This document shows, piece after piece, positions 1 to 12,909 of a stretch of 64,000 nucleotides of DNA. Source of the DNA: Malacoraja senta. Taxonomy: Eukaryota. Both the position numbers and the translations under genes were made by a program. Where the stretch lies: positions 3,412,001 to 3,476,000 of the forward strand of contig CM075990.1 in the NCBI GenBank assembly GCA_038087875.1, written 5' to 3'. The stretch's first letter is position 1. Each line of letters opens with the position of its first letter. Under the pieces are notes generated by a model that was given only the letters and a program-made list of their open reading frames with translations, made no database searches and was not told the origin of the DNA.

Positions 1-276
1 TACGGAACAAATCCAGGCAAATGGGACTAGCCCACTATGCCAACTTGGTCAGCGTAGGATAGAGCTAGTGTGCGGGTGATCGCTGGCCGGCATGGGCACA
101 GTGGGCCGAAGGACCTGTTCCCACACTGTCTCTCGAAACTAAACTAAACTAAGCATGGGCAAGATGTCAGAAGGTCCTGTTTCCATGTTGTATATCTCTA
201 TGACTCTATGACTTAGCCAGAAATAAAAATATTCAGCAAAAGGTATTGATAGTTATCTGGTCTACTGTAGGTCTGA

Positions 277-604
277 TGGGCCTGTCCCACTTACGCAAAT
301 TTTTCGACGACTGCCGGCACCTGTCATAGGTCATTGCAGGTCGCCGAAAATGTTCAACATGTTGAAAATCCAGCGGCGACCAGAAAGGCGCTACGACTCG
401 GGCGACTGAGGAGACGACTCACGACCGTACAGGCGACATGTCGTGGGGTGAAGCCTGTATGGTCGTGAGTAGTCGCCCAAAGAGTCGCACCTTGTCCTGG
501 TCGCTGCTGGATTTTCAACATGTTGAACATTTTCGGCAACCTGCAACGATCTATGACGGGTGCCGGCAGTCGCCGAAAAAAGTTGCGTACGTGGGAAAGG
601 CCCA
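277..604. mobile_element. PIF/Harbinger-like palindromic MITE (subfamily A)
   Basis: Ends TGGGCCTGTCCCAC...GTGGGAAAGGCCCA. Almost the whole element is an imperfect palindrome, with flanks tga/taa. Mirror copy at 12910-13239. Confidence 0.75.
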
Positions 605-1435
605 TAAGTCTTTCAGTTGGGGACATGATATCCAGGCCCTATAACTTCCTACTTGAGATCACTACGTGCAACTAAACCAGTTATTCCTTCAAGTAATCAG
701 TAAATGAATATGATGAGCAATGGTACTTTATTGCCACGTGTACCTAGGGAGAGTGAAATTCCTTTATTGCGTACAGTTCAGTAAAAACCTTACTGTACAT
801 AGGCACCATCATACCTAAGTACAAGAGTGTACCAGTAGTACATTACACTGAGGCAGTGTAGAAGAGTCACAAAAGACAGGCCACAGAATGCTGGAGTAAC
901 TCAGCGGGACAGGCAGCATCTCTGGAGAGAAGGAATGGGTGACCTTTCGGGTCGAGACCCTGCTTCGCAAGAGTCGGCATGTTTCTGTCGCCATTTTGTA
1001 TGATTCAAGTCTGACATGACCATCTCTAACAAGGTAGAATCCAATCACCATATTGTTAAGCTGGAAGGAGAGCAGAGAAGATTTACGAGGATGTTGTCAG
1101 GACTCGAAAGCCTGAGCTGTAGGGAGAGGTTGGGCAGGCTAGGACTCTATTCCTTGAAGCACAGGAGGATGAGGGAGAAATGTTATGATGGAAGCTGCCT
1201 CAACTACCTCTTCTGGCAAATTGTTCCATACACCCACCACACTTTGAGTAAAAAAGTTGCCCTTCAGGTTCCTATTAAATCTTTCACCCCCTCACCTTAA
1301 ACCTATGTTATCTGATTCTTAATTCCCCTAATCTGGGTAAAAGACTGTGCATTCACCCTATCTATTCCTTTCATGATCTTATACACTATAGGATCACCCC
1401 GCATCCTCCTAGGCTCTAAGGAATAAAGTCATAGC

Positions 1436-1746
1436 AGTTAGACTTTAGACTTTAGAGATACAGGGTGAAACAGGCCCTTCAGCCCACCAGGTCCGTGCCG
1501 CCCAGCGATCACCCCGTATGCTAGCACTATCCTACAAAGTAGGGACAATTTACAATTTTACCAAAGACAATTAACCTACAAACCTGCACGTCTTTGGAAT
1601 GTGGGAGGAAAACCGGAGCACCAGGAGAAAACCCACACAGTCACAGGGAAAACTTCCAAACTCCGTACAGGAAGCACCCATAGTCAGGATTAAACACGGG
1701 TCTCTGGCCCTGTAAGGCAGCAACTCTACCGCTGTGCAACTGTGCC
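1436..1746 (-). mobile_element. tRNA-derived V-SINE (HE1-like)
   Basis: SINE head, central ggtttcctcccaca domain and CR1-like tail ending in (ctaaagt)n. Mirror copy at about 11769-12077 (+). Confidence 0.85.
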
Positions 1747-1884
1747 TTCTCAACCTCTCCCTATAGCTCAGGCTCTCGAGACCTGGCAGCATCCTTGTAA
1801 ATCTTCTCTGCACCTTTTCCAGCCCATGTTCTGGAACTTCTTCCTCTGTAGCACTCTGGAAGGACCTCGTTGAAACTTAGCGAA

Positions 1885-2240
1885 TAGTGCAAGGCCTGGA
1901 TAGAGTGGATGTGGGCAAGATGTTTCCATTAGTGGGAGAGTCTAGGACCAGAGGCCATGGCGTCATAATAAAAGGACGTCCCTTTAGGAAGGCGATGAGA
2001 ACAATTTCTTTAGTCGGTGGGTGGAGAATGTGTGGAATTGGAGATGGAGACCAAGTCAATGGATATTTTTAAGGTGGAGATTGACAGATTGTTGATTTGT
2101 ATAGGTGTCAGGGGTCATGTGGAGAAGGCAGGAGAATGGGGTTGAGAGGGAAAGGTAGATGAACCATGATTGAATGGCGGATTAAACTTGATGGGCCGAA
2201 TGGCCTAATTCTGCTCCTATAACTTATGAACTTATGAAAG
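1885..2240 (+). mobile_element. CR1 LINE 3' fragment
   Basis: Translates to GLDRVDVGKMFPLVGESRTRGH..KGRPFRK, the CR1 ORF2 C-terminus, followed by a 3'UTR ending in (aacttatg)n. Mirror copy at about 11275-11630. Confidence 0.85.
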
Positions 2241-2937
2241 CTTGGCTGAATAAGTCCTGAGACTGACTATGCTGCTTACTGAGGGCAGGAGTGAACTGCC
2301 TGCCAGAGGAAACCTTCCCATAATGGGACCATCTATCCCACTAATGACTTATCATCAATCACAACTTGCGACCTTAAAGCCTTACACCATGTTCACTTGC
2401 AGCGTGGATAATTTACAATGGAAATACTTTGTCATTGCCGACGTTGTAGTATTTCAAAGGTTACGCGAAGGCAGGAGAATGGGGTTGAGAGAGAAAGCTA
2501 AAATCCGCATTCATTGAATGGTGGGGTGGACTCGATGGGCTGAATGGCTAATTCTGCTCCTATGACATTAACCTATATTGTAGACTCCCTTTTAGTTCCT
2601 GGTTCTGGACGAATCAATAGAAAAAGTCCTTTATCTATTGGCCATCATTAGATTTGTGCCTGACAAATTGGCCAACATGCCCCATCTACACTAGGCCCAC
2701 TTGCCTGCGTTTGGCCCAAATCCCTCCAACCCCCGCCTATCCATGTACCTGTCTAAATGTTTCTTAACCATTGTGATAGTACCTGCCTCAACTACCTCTT
2801 CCAGCAGCTCATTCCATTCACCCACCACCCTTTACTCTCAAGCCTTTCTTGACGTCCTCTGAGGGAGGGCTATATGTATGTACTTATGTATGTACTTAAT
2901 CTATGAACCAATGTTGTATAACGTTAGTATCTCCACC

Positions 2938-3008
2938 AATGTAAAGCACTTTGGCCAACGAGAGTTGTTTTTTAAATGTGCTATAGAACTTGACTTGACT
3001 TGACTTGA
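2938..3008 (+). mobile_element. L2-type LINE/SINE 3' tail
   Basis: tgtaaagcactttgg...aaatgtgctatag followed by (acttg)n resembles fish L2 3' ends. Confidence 0.55.
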
Positions 3009-3699
3009 GTGAAAAAAGCTGCCTCAGGTTCCTATTAAATCTTTCCCCCCTCACCTCAAACCCATGTCCTCTGGTTCTCGATTCCCCTACTCTGGGCAAG
3101 AGAGTCTCTGTGTTTACCTGATCTATTCTCTCATGATTTTGTGCATGTTTTAGTTTGAGGTACAGCATGGAAACAGGCGTTTCGAACCATCAAGTCCACG
3201 CTAACATATATGCATGCAGTCGCTGTGCTTGTGTCAGTGTGTGTTAATGTATGTGTATGTTTGAGTTTAGAGTATAGACAAATCGCCATGGAAACAGGCC
3301 CTTCAGCCCATCGGGTTTGTGCCAGCCTTCTCCCACCCTATCACACCAGCTCTATGTCATCCCACTTTCCCATCCACTCCCAACACAATCGGACCAAATT
3401 TACAGCGGGCCAATTAACCTGCAAACCCACCATGACTTCGGGATGTGGTGGGAAACCAGGAAGAAACCGGAAGAAACCCTCGCGGTCACAGCGAAGCACA
3501 CGCAAACTCCACACAGACAGCAGCCAAGGTTAGCATCGAACCCGGGGTCTCTGGCGCAGTGAGGCAGGGGCTCCACCCGCTGCAGCAATGTGCCACCCAC
3601 GCACGTTGATGTCAAGAATTGACGCACCATCCCCCTTCTCTCTCTCACTCTCTCCCTCCTCCTTTTACTTCTGTACCCTTCCCACCTCTCCACATGGCA

Positions 3700-3902
3700 T
3701 TCACCGAGGTCAGCACCCGGCAACACCTAAGTTAACCTGGCGACAACCTACGACGCCCAAATTGTCGCCACTATCGCTGAAAAATGTTCAACATGCTGAA
3801 AGGTTTTTCGCCAGTCGCCTGTAGTCGCCTAAAAAATCGCCTAAGTGGGACAGGCCCATAATGGGCCTGTCCCACTAGGCGATTTCTTAGGCGACTACAG
3901 GC
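3700..3902. mobile_element. Two Harbinger-like MITE ends joined across TAA
   Basis: agtgggacaggccca-taa-tgggcctgtcccact at about 3844-3876. Mirror of 9605-9815. Confidence 0.7.
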
Positions 3903-4329
3903 ACTCCCTCTAATCCTCCCCCTGTGTTCTTTCACTTCCATCCTTACCTTTTCAATGGAAATGCCTCCTTCCGCTTCGCACTGACGTATTAGTATTCTGT
4001 TATGGCTTCGTAACACGATTAAAGCCACAATTAACTCACGTTTATTTTTTGTTAGATCGCATGATCAATAACAATTACGGTTTTAATCACTCAGCAGTCC
4101 TAATTACAGCGTTGTGATGTTAAAGATGTTGATGTTATGTTACATTATGTTTGTAATGTCATTCATGTTAATAATGTACATAGCATTTGACGATACTTTT
4201 TTTATTGTTGCAGATTTTTGAGGTAATAAAGTGATTGTTCAGCACTTTCTCATGCCTTTTTCTGACGTGTCCTTGGCTTATAATTGAGAACTTCCTTTAC
4301 GATATATGAAACGAAAATTTTAAGTGTGT

Positions 4330-4600
4330 TTTAAATTTTTTTTAAATTCATTTTATTAGAAGCAATTGTACGAGAATAAAGCAATGGACATGAAAGTTAT
4401 ACAATTTTCGTACAGCTTCATTTTTAACGTTAATACATAAATTTAAAAAAAAGGAAAGAATGAAGAAAAAAGAAAAAAAATGCAAAAGACAGAGAGAAGA
4501 AAAAGACCCTAAACTACCAAAGAAGTGCAAGAAGAAAGAAGATAAATGAGTAAAAAGAAGAGGGAGATATGCCCCACTGTCCTCCCCCCCCCCCCCCCCC
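4330..4600 (-). mobile_element. Probable L1/Tx1-type 3' UTR remnant
   Basis: On the minus strand, aataaaa is followed by an A-rich tail and preceded by a T-rich UTR and a G-run. Family assignment is by resemblance only. Confidence 0.35.
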
Positions 4601-5324
4601 CTCCACCCCCTGAAAATTGTAAGTGTTTAAAGCTACTTTTGAAGATTGGAAACCATTGGTGCAGAGGTTGGGTTCATAAATGGTTCATATGGACTGCTGC
4701 TGCCTCACAGCGCAGAGACCCGAGTTCGATCCTGACTATCCTGACGCTGTCTGTACGGAGTTTACACGTTCTCCCTGTGACCGCCTGGGTTTCTTCCAGT
4801 TTCCTCCCACGTCCCAAAGGCGTGCAGGCTTGCAGATTGCCCTTGGTGTGGAGGGAGTGGTTGAGAATGTGGGATTACCAAAGCCAATTGACGTGCACAA
4901 GGCTGCACGTCTTTGGAGTGTGGGAGGAAACCGGAGCACCCCGGAGAAAACCCACGCGGTCTCGGGGAGAACGCGCAAACTCCCTGCGGGGCAGCACCTG
5001 TAGTCAGGATTGAACCCGGGGTCACTGGCGCTATAAGGCAGCAACTCTACCGCTGTGCCACTGTACCATTATAATGTTATAGAGTCATAGAGTCATACAG
5101 TGTGGAAACTGGCCCTTCAGCCCAACATGCCCCATCTACACTGGTCCCACCTCCCTGCGTTTGGCCCATATCCCTCTAAACCTGTCCATTCATGTTTTTG
5201 AGAATAATTTAGAAGATCACCTGGGCTGGGCTTGACTTTGCCCTGTCCAGAATAGATGCTGAGATCAACTTTGGGTTTTAGTTTAACCTAGTGGAGATCT
5301 ACACTCTAGAGGCAATTTACAGTG

Positions 5325-5524
5325 NNNNNNNNNNNNNNNNNNNNNNNNNNNNNNNNNNNNNNNNNNNNNNNNNNNNNNNNNNNNNNNNNNNNNNNNNNNN
5401 NNNNNNNNNNNNNNNNNNNNNNNNNNNNNNNNNNNNNNNNNNNNNNNNNNNNNNNNNNNNNNNNNNNNNNNNNNNNNNNNNNNNNNNNNNNNNNNNNNNN
5501 NNNNNNNNNNNNNNNNNNNNNNNN
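5325..5524. other. Assembly gap (200 N)
   Basis: Run of exactly 200 n. Confidence 1.
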
Positions 5525-5924
5525 GATGTGGCCCTTGTGGCTAAAGGGATCAGGGGGTATGGAGAGAAGGCAGGTACGGAATACTGAGTTGGATGATCAG
5601 CCATGATCGTATTGAATGGCGGTGCAGGCTCGAAGGGCCGAATGGCCTACTCCTGCACCTATTTTCTATGTATCTATGTATCTAAAATATCTGTGGTACA
5701 CAATTCATCCATTAGAGTAACCTTTTGTGGCCATTACTGATTTATGCTGTTGCTTCAGTAACTGATATCCCGTAGCTTATCAAACAATGTCACAGAGGAG
5801 AATGTGAAGAATGCTGTTTATGGTGTGAATTATTATGATTGGGGATGCACAGCCTGCGTGAGTGTTTTTATGTGTGAAACGAGCTTGTGTTTTGAGCATT
5901 TCACCACTGTTCCAACCCGCTACG

Positions 5925-6230
5925 GTTTAGGTTAGCTTAGAGGTACAGCATGAAAACAGGCCCCCTTGGCCCACCGAGTCCACGCCGACCAGCGATCACC
6001 TCGCACACTAACACAACCCTGCACACTTGGGACAATTTACAGTTTTACTGAAGCCAAGCAACCTATGAACCTGTGAGTGTGAGCGTGGGAGGAAACCGGA
6101 TCACCCGGAGAAAACCGACAGGGCCACGGGGAGAACGTGCAAACTCCGCACAGGCAGCACCCATTGTCAGGAACCAACCCGGGTCTCTGGCGCTGTGAGT
6201 CAGCAACTCTTCCGCTGCACCACCGTGCGG
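5925..6230 (-). mobile_element. V-SINE (HE1-like), full length
   Basis: Minus strand reads gccgcacggtggtgcagcgg (A box) ... central domain ... tail ctaagctaacctaaa. Confidence 0.85.
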
Positions 6231-6361
6231 CCTGTTGAATCTGTCCATGTCAAAATATATCACAGGCAATCCTCACCTTTGCGATTCAAACGTTCAAATC
6301 ACGGACTTCATCTGAATCATCTTCATATGATGGCCATTAAGGTCAGTGAGTGTATGTCATT

Positions 6362-7035
6362 GAAACATAGAAACATGGAAACTAGGTGCAGGAGGAGGCC
6401 ATTCAGCCCTTCGAGCCAGCACCGCCATTCAATATGATCATGGCTGATCATTCAAAATCAGTACCCTGCTCCTGCTTTTTCCCCATATCCCTTGAATCCA
6501 TTAGCCCTAAGAGCTATATGTAACTCTCTTGAAAACATCCAGTGAATTGAACTACACTGCCTATTGTGGCAGAGAATTTCACAGATTCACAACTCTCTCT
6601 GTGGATTGTCAGCTTGTCGTGGTGGAGAAGCTTGTGTGGTCCTGAGATCCTGAGAGCGATGCGGTCTGGAGCTATGCTCCTGGTAGGGCCACCCATGGTG
6701 GTAAGGTCGAGGGGGAGGTCTCTGACAAAGAGCAATCCAACCAAGACCTCAACGGTGAAACAGGTGGAGGATGATGGCTGACCTTAGTGGAGCGTCACAA
6801 CGGCTGAGAAGGCGGATGAAGGCTGCAGCAGAAAAGGGTCTCTGGTCATCTTGGACTCCATGCCACTGGATCCTGACCCAGATCTGTCAAGGACCGTGTG
6901 TGGTGGCTGTCTGTGCACCAGTCTCCCCACGTTAAACAAAGTCACGCACATGCGTCCTCCATGAGAGGACAGTCATACTCGTTTTGAGTGACCGCCGATG
7001 ACAACTCTCTGGGTGAAAAAGTTTTTCTTCATCTC
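6362..7035 (-). mobile_element. CR1 3' fragment interrupted by an RTE-derived insert
   Basis: (gaaacata)n tail and CR1 3'UTR. The host cagattcacaactctct|gggtgaaaaa is split at 6598/7001. Confidence 0.8.
6599..7000 (+). mobile_element. Short non-autonomous element with an RTE (Expander/Rex3/BovB-like) 5'UTR head
   Basis: Flanked by the direct repeat acaactctct (6589-6598, 7001-7010). The head cttgtcgtggtggag...ctatgctcctggtagggccacccatgg resembles RTE-clade 5' ends. Second copy at 46620-47033. Confidence 0.7.
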
Positions 7036-7189
7036 ATGTCGCTGAAATGCATTTGGGATAGAGTCATAGAGTCATACAGCGTGGAAACAGGCCCTTTGGC
7101 CCAACTTGCCCATACTGGCCAACATGCCCCATCTACACTATTCCAACCTGCCGAAGGGCCTGTTTCCAAGCTGTATAACTCTAGAACTA

Positions 7190-7320
7190 AATGGTGCAGT
7201 GGTTGGGACTGAACTGAGAGCTAAGGTTCCGGACCATTGATCCAGAAGCACAAGTTAAAATCCCATTGTGGCAGCTGGGGATTCAAATTCAAGTTTTATT
7301 GAATAAATCTGGTCCTTAAT
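7190..7320 (+). mobile_element. Old tRNA-derived SINE head (second family)
   Basis: tggtgcagtggtt (A-box-like) ... agttaaaatccc (degenerate B box), then gtggcagctggggattcaaattcaa...aataaatctgg. Confidence 0.4.
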
Positions 7321-7415
7321 TTCAAAGAAGAATCAAGTACAGGTTACAGTGATGATAGGCACAAAACCGTGAGATTATTGGAGCACCTCTCTGTTCCACA
7401 GGTACCTTTCTCTGT

Positions 7416-7966
7416 TTTGGTCAGATCTGCTCTTCTAATTTGAGGAAGGACATTCTTGCTATTGAGGGAGTGCAGTGTAGGTTCACCAGGTTAATTCCCA
7501 GGATGGCGGGACTGACATATGATGAAAGAATGGATCGACTGGGCTTATATTCACTGGAATTTAGAAGGATGAGAGGGTATTTATAGAAACATATAAAATT
7601 CTTAAGGGATTGGACAGGCTAAATGCAGGAAAAATGTTCCCCATGTTGGGGGAGTCCAGAACCAGGGGTCACAGTTTAAGAATAAGGGTTAGGCCAGTTA
7701 GGACAGAGATGAGGAAAAATCTTTTCACCCAGAGAGTTGTGAATTTGTGGAATTCTCTGCCACAGAAGGCAGTGGAGGCCAATTCATTGATGTTTCCAGA
7801 GAGAGTTAAAGATACCTGTAGCTCTTAGGGCTAATAGAATCAAGGGATATGGGGAGAAAGCAGGAATGGGGTAATGATTTTGGATGATCAGCCATGATCA
7901 TATTGAATGGCGGTGCTGGCTCGAAGGACCGAATGGTCTACTCCTGCACCTATTTTCTATGTTTCT
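7416..7966 (+). mobile_element. CR1 (HER1-like) LINE 3' fragment
   Basis: Translates to KMFPMLGESRTRGHSLRIR..KNLFTQRVVNLWNSLPQKAVEA, followed by a 3'UTR and (tttctatg)n tail. Confidence 0.9.
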
Positions 7967-9604
7967 ATATGTCACAGAATCATACAGCAAGTAAAGTGGC
8001 CCTTCAGCCCACTGATTCTACACTGACTATCCCACACCCCCCCCCCCACAAAAAAATCCAATAAATAGCCACGATTTTTCCACTTTAGTTTTGGCTTATT
8101 TTGTTTAGTTAAACTAAACTAATTTCCCCTGGAAGATCGGAATTCATCCCACCTCGCAGAGACATGCGGGTTGATAGGTTAATCACTGTAAATTGCCTCT
8201 AGAGTGTAGATCTCCACTAGGTTAAACTAAAACCCAAAGTTGATCTCAGCATCTATTCTGGACAGGGCAAAGTCAAGCCCAGCCCAGGTGATCTTCTAAA
8301 TTTATTCTCAAAAACATGAATGGGACAGGTTTAGAGGGATATGGGCCAAACGCAGGGAGGTGGGACCAGTGTAGATGGGGCATGTTGGGCTGAAGGGCCA
8401 GTTTCCACACTGTATGACTCTATGACTCTATAACATTATAATGGTACAGTGGCACAGCGGTAGAGTTGCTGCCTTATAGCGCCAGTGACCCGGGTTCAAT
8501 CCTGACTACAGGTGCTGCCCGCAGGGAGTTTGCGCGTTCTCCCCGAGACCGCGTGGGTTTTCTCCGGGTGCTCCGGTTTCCTCCCACACTCCAAAGACGT
8601 GCAGCCTTGTGCACGTCAATTGGCTTTGGTAATCCCACATTCTCAACCACTCCCTCCACACCAAGGGCAATCTGCAAGCCTGCACGCCTTTGGGACGTGG
8701 GAGGAAACTGGAAGAAACCCAGGCGGTCACAGGGAGAACGTGTAAACTCCGTACAGACAGCGTCAGGATAGTCAGGATCGAACTCGGGTCTCTGGCGCTG
8801 TGAGGCAGCAGCAGTCCATATGAACCATTTATGAACCCAACCTCTGCACCAATGGTTTCCAATCTTCAAAAGTAGCTTTAAACACTTACAATTTTCAGGG
8901 GGTGGAGGGGGGGGGGGGAGGGGGAGGACAGTGGGGCATATCTCCCTCTTCTTTTTACTCATTTATCTTCTTTCTTCTTGCACTTCTTTGGTAGTTTAGG
9001 GGTCTTTTCTTCTCTCTGTCTTTTGCATTTTTTTTCTTTTTCTTCATTCTTTCTTTTTTTTTTAATTTATGTATTAACGTTAAAAATGAAGCTGTACGAA
9101 AATTGTATAACTTTCATGTCCATTGCTTTATTCTCGTACAATTGCTTCTAATAAAATGAATTAAAAAAAAAATTAAAAACACACTTAAAATTTTCGTTTC
9201 ATATATCGTAAAGGAAGTTCTCAATTATAAGCCAAGGACACGTCAGAAAAAGGCATGAGAAAGTGCTGAACAATCACTTTATTACCCAAAAATCTGCAAC
9301 AAAAAAAAAAAGTATCGTCAAATGCTATGTACATTATTAACATGATGACATTACAACATAATGTAACATAACATCAACATCTTTAACATCACAACGCTGT
9401 AATTAGGACTGCTGAGTGATTAAAACCGTAATTGTTATTGATCATGCGATCTAACAAAAAAATAAACGTGAGTTAATTGTGGCTTTAATCGTGTTACGAA
9501 GCCATAACAGAATACTAATACGTCAGTGCGAAGCGGAAGGAGGCATTTCCATTGAAAAGGTAAGGATGGAAGTGAAAGAACACAGGGGGAGGATTAGAGG
9601 GAGT

Positions 9605-9815
9605 GCCTGTAGTCGCCTAAGAAATCGCCTAAGTGGGACAGGCCCATTATGGGCCTGTCCCACTTAGGCGATTTTTTAGGCGACTACAGGCGACTGGCGA
9701 AAAACTTTCAGCATGTTGAACATTTTTCAGCGATAGTGGCGACAATTTGGGCCGTCGTAGGTTGTCGCCAGGTTAACTTAGGTTGTCGCCGGGTGCTGAC
9801 CTCGGTGAATGCCAT
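9605..9815. mobile_element. Harbinger-like MITE right end + TTA + left end
   Basis: gcctgtagtcgcc...gtgggacaggccca-tta-tgggcctgtcccac...ggcgactacaggc forms a hairpin at 9605-9691. The left-end copy continues to about 9815. Confidence 0.7.
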
Positions 9816-12800
9816 GTGGAGAGGTGGGAAGGGTACAGAAGTAAAAGGAGGAGGGAGAGAGTGAGAGAGAGAAGGGGGATGGTGCGTCAATTCTTGACAT
9901 CAACGTGCGTGGGTGGCACATTGCTGCAGCGGGTGGAGCCCCTGCCTCACTGCGCCAGAGACCCCGGGTTCGATGCTAACCTTGGCTGCTGTCTGTGTGG
10001 AGTTTGCGTGTGCTTCGCTGTGACCGCGAGGGTTTCTTCCGGGTTTCTTCTGGTTTCCCACCACATCCCGAAGTCATGTGGGTTTGCAGGTTAATTGGCC
10101 CGCTGTAAATTTGGTCCCGATTGTGTTGGGAGTGGATGAGAAAGTGGGATGACATAGAGCTGGTGTGATAGGGTGGGAGAAGGCTGGCACAAACCCGATG
10201 GGCTGAAGGGCCTGTTTCCATGCGATTTGTCTATACTCTAAACTCAAAACATACACATACATTAACACACACTGACACAAGCACAGCGACTGCATGCATA
10301 TATGTTTAGCGTGGACTTGATGGTTCGAAACGCCTGTTTCCATGCTGTACCTCAAATCTAAACATGCACAAAATCATGAGAGGAATAGATCAGGTAAACA
10401 CAGAGACTCTCTTGCCCAGAGTAGGGGAATCGAGAACCAGAGGACATGGGTTTGAGGTGAGGGGGGAAAGATTTAATAGGAACCTGAGGGGCAGCTTTTT
10501 CACTCAAGTCAAGTCAAGTCAAGTTCTATAGCACATTTAAAAAAACAACTCTCGTTGGCCAAAGTGCTTTACATTGGTGGAGATACTAACGTTATACAAC
10601 ATTGGTTCATAGATTAAGTACATACATAAGTACATACATATAGCCCTCCCTCAGAGGACGTCAAGAAAGGCTTGAGAGTAAAGGGTGGTGGGTGAATGGA
10701 ATGAGCTGCTGGAAGAGGTAGTTGAGGCAGGTACTATCACAATGGTTAAGAAACATTTAGACAGGTACATGGATAGGCGGGGTTGGAGGGATTTGGGCCA
10801 AACGCAGGCAAGTGGGCCTAGTGTAGATGGGGCATGTTGGCCAATTTGTCAGGCACAAATCTAATGATGGCCAATAGATAAAGGACTTTTTCTATTGATT
10901 CGTCCAGAACCAGGAACTAAAAGGGAGTCTACAATATAGGTTAATGTCATAGGAGCAGAATTAGGCCATTCAGCCCATCGAGTCCACCCCACCATTCAAT
11001 AATGGCGGATTTAGCTTTCCCTCTCAACCCCATTCTCCTGCCTTCGCGTAACCTTTGAAATACTACAACGTCGGCAATGACAAAGTATTTCCATTGTAAA
11101 TTATCCACGCTGCAAGTGAACATGGTGTAAGGCTTTAAGGTCGCAAGTTGTGATTGATGATAAGTCATTAGTGGGATAGATGGTCCCATTATGGGGAAGG
11201 TTTCCTCTGGCAGGCAGTTCACCTCTTGCCCTCAGTAAGCAGCATAGTCAGTCTCAGGACTTATTCAGCCAAGCTTTCATAAGTTCATAAGTTATAGGAG
11301 CAGAATTAGGCCATTCGGCCCATCAAGTTTAATCCGCCATTCAATCATGGCTCATCTACCTTTCCCTCTCAACCCCATTCTCCTGCCTTCTCCACATGAC
11401 CCCTGACACCTATACAAATCAACAATCTGTCAATCTCCACCTTAAAAATATCCATTGACTTGGTCTCCATCTCCAATTCCACACATTCTCCACCCACCGA
11501 CTAAAGAAATTGTTCCTCATCGCCTTCCTAAAGGGACGTCCTTTTATTATGACGCCATGGCCTCTGGTCCTAGACTCTCCCACTAATGGAAACATCTTGC
11601 CCACATCCACTCTATCCAGGCCTTGCACTATTCGCTAAGTTTCAACGAGGTCCTTCCAGAGTGCTACAGAAGAAGAAGTTCCAGAACATGGGCTGGAAAA
11701 GGTGCAGAGAAGATTTACAAGGATGCTGCCAGGTCTCGAGAGCCTGAGCTATAGGGAGAGGTTGAGAAGGCACAGTTGCACAGCGGTAGAGTTGCTGCCT
11801 TACAGGGCCAGAGACCCGTGTTTAATCCTGACTATGGGTGCTTCCTGTACGGAGTTTGGAAGTTTTCCCTGTGACTGTGTGGGTTTTCTCCTGGTGCTCC
11901 GGTTTCCTCCCACATTCCAAAGACGTGCAGGTTTGTAGGTTAATTGTCTTTGGTAAAATTGTAAATTGTCCCTACTTTGTAGGATAGTGCTAGCATACGG
12001 GGTGATCGCTGGGCGGCACGGACCTGGTGGGCTGAAGGGCCTGTTTTCACCCTGTATCTCTAAAGTCTAAAGTCTAACTGCTATGACTTTATTCCTTAGA
12101 GCCTAGGAGGATGCGGGGTGATCCTATAGTGTATAAGATCATGAAAGGAATAGATAGGGTGAATGCACAGTCTTTTACCCAGATTAGGGGAATTAAGAAT
12201 CAGATAACATAGGTTTAAGGTGAGGGGGTGAAAGATTTAATAGGAACCTGAAGGGCAACTTTTTTACTCAAAGTGTGGTGGGTGTATGGAACAATTTGCC
12301 AGAAGAGGTAGTTGAGGCAGCTTCCATCATAACATTTCTCCCTCATCCTCCTGTGCTTCAAGGAATAGAGTCCTAGCCTGCCCAACCTCTCCCTACAGCT
12401 CAGGCTTTCGAGTCCTGACAACATCCTCGTAAATCTTCTCTGCTCTCCTTCCAGCTTAACAATATGGTGATTGGATTCTACCTTGTTAGAGATGGTCAAT
12501 GTCAGACTTGAATCATACAAAATGGCGACAGAAACATGCCGACTCTTGCGAAGCAGGGTCTCGACCCGAAAGGTCACCCATTCCTTCTCTCCAGAGATGC
12601 TGCCTGTCCCGCTGAGTTACTCCAGCATTCTGTGCCTGTCTTTTGTGACTCTTCTACACTGCCTCAGTGTAATGTACTACTGGTACACTCTTGTACTTAG
12701 GTATGATGGTGCCTATGTACAGTAAGGTTTTTACTGAACTGTACGCAATAAAGGAATTTCACTCTCCCTAGGTACACGTGGCAATAAAGTACCATTGCTC

Positions 12801-12909
12801 ATCATATTCATTTACTGATTACTTGAAGGAATAACTGGTTTAGTTGCACGTAGTGATCTCAAGTAGGAAGTTATAGGGCCTGGATATCATGTCCCAACTG
12901 AAAGACTTA

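Larger units (their letters stand above)
1..5324 (-). repeat. Inverted near-identical copy of 8184-13517 (5.3 kb)
   Basis: Base 1 tacggaacaaatccagg is the reverse complement of ...cctggatttgttccgta ending at 13517. The end ...ggcaatttacagtg (5324) matches cactgtaaattgcc at 8184. ORFs are mirrored (e.g. 3771..4028- vs 9479..9667+, 1016..1300+ vs 12215..12577-). Confidence 0.97.

Noticed and set aside
4546..5013. Poly-proline ORF MSKKKRE...PPPP (also 8474-8962 and 56955-57161)
   Set aside because: Produced by C/G homopolymer runs, and the two duplicated copies differ in frame.
5291..5606. ORFs across the first gap
   Set aside because: Almost entirely X residues from Ns.
9479..9605. Short ORF MALIVLRSHNR... 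as a Harbinger-associated protein fragment
   Set aside because: Adjacent to MITE ends, but it has no motif I can recognise.
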